Below are positions 60,619 through 64,000 of a stretch of DNA of 64,000 nt, piece by piece. Where the stretch lies: IMG/VR virus record IMGVR_UViG_3300042691_042722; one strand, 5' to 3'. Below the pieces are notes generated by a model. That model was not told where the DNA came from. It saw only the letters and a list, made by a program, of their open reading frames with translations, and searched no databases. The DNA comes from an uncultured virus (IMG/VR IMGVR_UViG_3300042691_042722). Lineage: Duplodnaviria; Heunggongvirae; Uroviricota; Caudoviricetes. The position numbers were made by a program, and so were the translations under genes. Numbering within the stretch: the stretch's first letter is position 1; every line of letters starts with the position of its first letter.

Positions 60619-61203
60619 ATGAAAATTGAAAAATTACCAAAGAAAGCTCTCAGATACATTATAAAAAAATTGAAACAAGAATATGATGGCACATCGTATA
60701 CTGAACCATACGATGTTTATGAAGCTAGAGATGTTATGGATGTAATTGATTCAATAGTTAATCCTTTCGCTGTGGATATTGATGATCATTACCAATATGG
60801 TTTTTTTTGGATGTTATACCTGTATAATAAAAATAAATCTGAAGATGAAGATTTACTTATTCCGGTAAAGAAAAAATTAGTTTTTAATGTTAATGTCGAT
60901 GTTCGTAAATATACCACTGAAATTTATGGACATCAAACGTTTACATATAATGATGGTAAAGGATTTAATCAGTCAATGATTCATTCTAATGACGATTTTA
61001 ATTATTATGATGGTGAATATATCGATGATGATACTTACGATTCAGATGCTGGCGATTGGGAGATAAGAGACATACAAGTCTATCCATTAAATGAATCAAC
61101 ACGTAGTAGCAAAATAATAACAGAAGAGAAAAAAAGAAAATTACAAATTCTTCTCAAACAAAGAGAATACATTGAAAATGAGATCCGGAAATTAACTACT
61201 TAG
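60619..61203 (+). CDS. hypothetical protein, paralog of 38036
   Basis: TATTTAT 6 nt upstream; LNES/IITEE near the C-terminus. Confidence 0.65.
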   Translation: MKIEKLPKKALRYIIKKLKQEYDGTSYTEPYDVYEARDVMDVIDSIVNPFAVDIDDHYQYGFFWMLYLYNKNKSEDEDLLIPVKKKLVFNVNVDVRKYTTEIYGHQTFTYNDGKGFNQSMIHSNDDFNYYDGEYIDDDTYDSDAGDWEIRDIQVYPLNESTRSSKIITEEKKRKLQILLKQREYIENEIRKLTT

Positions 61204-61399
61204 ATTTATTTTCCTTAACTAAATCTTTCAAATACTTTTTTGATTTAGGATTTTGTGGTTTGAATCCCTTCTTATATTTATACTCAACTTCAACCGGACC
61301 ATTCCTGAATTTCTTCAGATCATATTTCCAAATTGAAATTGTTTCATCATCTTCATAAACCCTTTCAAATTTTGTGGGTTGTTCTTGTTTGTTATTCAT
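61196..61399 (-). CDS. hypothetical protein
   Basis: TATCTTTG 4 nt upstream on the minus strand. Confidence 0.6.
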   Translation of the reverse strand: MNNKQEQPTKFERVYEDDETISIWKYDLKKFRNGPVEVEYKYKKGFKPQNPKSKKYLKDLVKENKSK

Positions 61400-61416
61400 A
61401 ATACAAAGATACGAAA

Positions 61417-62040
61417 TTATCTTTTAAATCTCTTAATTATTTTTCCAACTATATCTCTGAGGGCAATTCCACTAATTGCAATTGAAGTAGAATAAGAAAC
61501 CCTCATTATTAATTCTTTTAATTGTTCCGGAGTATATCCCGAATTTGCAAATTCTAATAACATTGGTAAAACAGGGATAATTAGCGCGTAACTCAAAATA
61601 TTTGTAATTGTATGTGTGGTAATATTCAAACTTTCAATAAATGAAACGAAAGTACTTTTTAGTTTTTCACCCTTTTTCAATGTTAAAACAAAAATATCAA
61701 ATAAACCTTTTTCTTCAATCATTTTCATTAATTTTTTAATTTTCTCTTCGTTTTCAGTGAAAATAATTGAACCAACTCCTACTAATACTAAAAGCGCCTC
61801 TGTTTCAGTAATATTAAAATTTGAGTTTTTGATAAAACCTTCCAATGGCATCATAATTCCTCCTATAGCAGCTCCCCATGTGATCAGAAATTTGAAATTT
61901 GTTCCGAATTGTTCCTTAACTTTTTTTTGAAATTCTTTTGAATATTCTTTAACTTCTTTTAACTCGGGAAGGATTGATCTTTTAGATCCACCTTCTAAAA
62001 TTATAAAATCACCAACCTGATTTTTTGATACTATTTTCAT
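61417..62040 (-). CDS. membrane-associated hypothetical protein with degenerate leader
   Basis: Hydrophobic helices; TATTTAT 5 nt upstream. Confidence 0.6.
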   Translation of the reverse strand: MKIVSKNQVGDFIILEGGSKRSILPELKEVKEYSKEFQKKVKEQFGTNFKFLITWGAAIGGIMMPLEGFIKNSNFNITETEALLVLVGVGSIIFTENEEKIKKLMKMIEEKGLFDIFVLTLKKGEKLKSTFVSFIESLNITTHTITNILSYALIIPVLPMLLEFANSGYTPEQLKELIMRVSYSTSIAISGIALRDIVGKIIKRFKR

Positions 62041-62083
62041 ATTTAATAAATATAAACATGATTAAAAAAATATTTCAAATTAA

Positions 62084-62674
62084 ATGAAATCAAATCCTAA
62101 ATTAAGTCCCGGTGATACGATTATATTGTTACACATGGAAGATGAAACGATGTCACCTGGACTAAAAGGTGTTGTTATAAGTGTTTCCAATGTTTTTGGA
62201 GAAGATATATACGATGTTGAGTGGGAAAATGGTAGAAAATTGAATTTATTATCTGATGTGGATAAATGGAAAAAACCTAAAATTAGAGTTGATGAAGGTA
62301 GTATTGATAAATTTATAATGAACAACTTAAACTTTATTAAAGCTTTTGATAGAAAGTTTTTCATAGAATATCTAAAAAATTTAAGAGATTCAGGAGTAAT
62401 TAATATGTTTGGAGCATCACCATATCTTTATGTCGGTAAAGAAAGAATAGAACATGAATTTAAGTATAAAGAATTTATAGATGAAGATAGCGAAGAGGCT
62501 TTCCAAAAAGTATTGGAAAATGCGGATATGGCACAATCAAAAATGATACAAGGGGTAATGAAAATATTGGAAACAGAAGGAAAAGAAATTACTCTTGATT
62601 CAATTAACTCCGGTTTAAGTAGATACTCATCCTTGGTGTTACAATATTACATTCATTTATTATCAACCCCGTGA
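62084..62674 (+). CDS. DUF4314-like N-terminal domain protein
   Basis: GD.I.L.HMED....G.KG.V..V......VEWENG..L.L; LRDSGVINMFGA. Confidence 0.55.
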   Translation: MKSNPKLSPGDTIILLHMEDETMSPGLKGVVISVSNVFGEDIYDVEWENGRKLNLLSDVDKWKKPKIRVDEGSIDKFIMNNLNFIKAFDRKFFIEYLKNLRDSGVINMFGASPYLYVGKERIEHEFKYKEFIDEDSEEAFQKVLENADMAQSKMIQGVMKILETEGKEITLDSINSGLSRYSSLVLQYYIHLLSTP

Positions 62675-62695
62675 TATTTATTAAGAAAATTTATT

Positions 62696-63460
62696 ATGAA
62701 TCCATATTTTTTCAAAATGACAAAAGAAGAAAAAGAGAATATCTTAGATAAACATAAGACTCTCTATGACGGATATGCGGTTAGACAAAACCCACCAAAT
62801 ATGACACCACTCTATACTCAAGATCTTGCAAATGATAAGGGTGGAATCACTATCAACAGCAAAGGGGAAGTTGGAAAGTACAATAACAAACTTTACATCA
62901 AAGAATCTAAAGATGTTTGTGAGCAATGTGGTGGCGGACTTGTAGAAGGGGATGTCTGTGAGCAATGCGGATCAAGCAAAATGTCTGAATTTGAATCAAA
63001 TGAAGGTATCTATGATGTTCAGGATTTAAGTGGAGATTTTGATTACACGGAAGAAGAAATGAAAGAAGGTTTTTTTGATGACATGAAAGGAGCTTTCGGA
63101 TTCGGACCAAAACCTGACAAAGTTCCTTATATGGCGAATGAAGTCAAATCAATTATATCAAACATTAAGTCAGCAGAGAACGAAGAACAATTGGATAGTG
63201 CGCTAAATATGTATTTTAATTTTATTGATAGAAATCAAGACAAAATGAATAAGTCTTCAATGCAAGTATATGTTCAAAGAATAATGTCAGCATATAAAAG
63301 AAAAGCCGACGAACTTGGAAATTATTTGGGATCAAAAGACATTGATAATATCATGAGTGATGTTGAGGAAGATTTGGAATTTTCTGACGATACTGAAAAA
63401 ATAAAAGAATCATTACAAGAATCATTAAAATGGTTCAAGAAATTTGAAAAATACAATTAA
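62696..63460 (+). CDS. EEKENILDKH-leader protein with CEQCG repeats
   Basis: Leader; several I/L/M-x-E sites. Confidence 0.65.
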   Translation: MNPYFFKMTKEEKENILDKHKTLYDGYAVRQNPPNMTPLYTQDLANDKGGITINSKGEVGKYNNKLYIKESKDVCEQCGGGLVEGDVCEQCGSSKMSEFESNEGIYDVQDLSGDFDYTEEEMKEGFFDDMKGAFGFGPKPDKVPYMANEVKSIISNIKSAENEEQLDSALNMYFNFIDRNQDKMNKSSMQVYVQRIMSAYKRKADELGNYLGSKDIDNIMSDVEEDLEFSDDTEKIKESLQESLKWFKKFEKYN

Positions 63461-63744
63461 TGGAAGTAATAGAAGTCATATTTTATCAGATAAATCATAA
63501 TGATGATACTATAACTGTTGAATTTAGATTAAATGAAGATACATCATTAGAAACGAGATTGGACACAATTGATCTAAAAGAAGCGGATGATTTTGGATTT
63601 AAACTAATAACTGAAGACTCAGAATTTTTTGATAATGATGATGAAAATGATTATGACTTAGATGATATAAATGAAGACGAATTATTATCATTTTTAAATG
63701 AATATTATATGATCTATTCTGATAGATTACCAAAAAAAGACTAA
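63460..63744 (+). CDS. acidic hypothetical protein
   Basis: TAATG overlap; 94 aa. Confidence 0.65.
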   Translation: MEVIEVIFYQINHNDDTITVEFRLNEDTSLETRLDTIDLKEADDFGFKLITEDSEFFDNDDENDYDLDDINEDELLSFLNEYYMIYSDRLPKKD

Positions 63745-63745
63745 A

Positions 63746-64000
63746 ATGAAAAACGATGTAGATTTTTTGATAAGTTTGATGGAGAAGTTTACATATCTAA
63801 GATCTGAGGAACTTGATGAACAAGATGCCGCAGGTGCCGCAGCAACACCCGGAGCCGGAGCTGCGGGAGGAGGAGGAGCGACAAAAAATACAGTAACTAC
63901 TTGGTCTCAAATTGTCGGAGCTAAAGTGTCAAGAGGTAAAGCAAATCCTTTAGGTAAAGCCGGTGAAAAATGGACCTCGGGAGTTGCAAGAACTGGACCG
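63746..64000 (+). CDS. hypothetical protein, 3'-truncated by the window
   Basis: MKNDVDFL...ELDEQDAAG...RGKANPL, open to the end. Confidence 0.6.
   Translation, partial: MKNDVDFLISLMEKFTYLRSEELDEQDAAGAAATPGAGAAGGGGATKNTVTTWSQIVGAKVSRGKANPLGKAGEKWTSGVARTGP

Noticed and set aside
422..63110. Many short antisense or overlapping ORFs in the track (e.g. 422-751, 16007-16549, 23241-23564, 35723-36151, 61616-61930)
   Set aside because: They are shadows of better-supported genes, have F/L/S/I-rich composition and lack promoters or leaders.
1..64000. CRISPR array
   Set aside because: No regularly spaced 25-45 bp repeats with unique spacers were seen; the repeats found are promoter/leader copies or a coding tandem repeat.
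1..64000. Stop-codon reassignment, as in some large phages
   Set aside because: Known enzymes are full length under the standard code and coding density is high.

Overview
AT-rich, gene-dense, mixed-strand DNA (standard code fits) that reads as part of a large 'jumbo'-type phage genome, most likely infecting Bacteroidota. Support: TAnnTTTG promoters, few obvious Shine-Dalgarno sites, and a T9SS-type C-terminal domain. No capsid, terminase or polymerase gene is visible, so the phage call is inferred. Recognisable genes: UvrC-like nuclease, PPK2, GMP reductase/IMPDH, NUDIX, HD, GH73-like, M15 and C39 peptidases, NucA-like nuclease, metallophosphoesterase. Main observations: (1) About 45 otherwise unrelated ORFs share a few short N-terminal leaders (MKYIITESQ, MNLQENIQRIKEMMG, IIRLTESDL, SEKNRILEMH). 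Many follow a TATTTAT motif 4-7 nt upstream of the start, suggesting a modular late-expressed capsid-loading/cargo system. (2) A coiled-coil gene is followed directly by a ~160-nt structured RNA with a TCAA-repeat loop. (3) An ncRNA cluster contains an atypical tRNA-like element. (4) A ~1.8 kb mostly non-coding origin/terminus-like region carries DnaA-box-like motifs. Family names come from motif recognition by eye; no database was searched.
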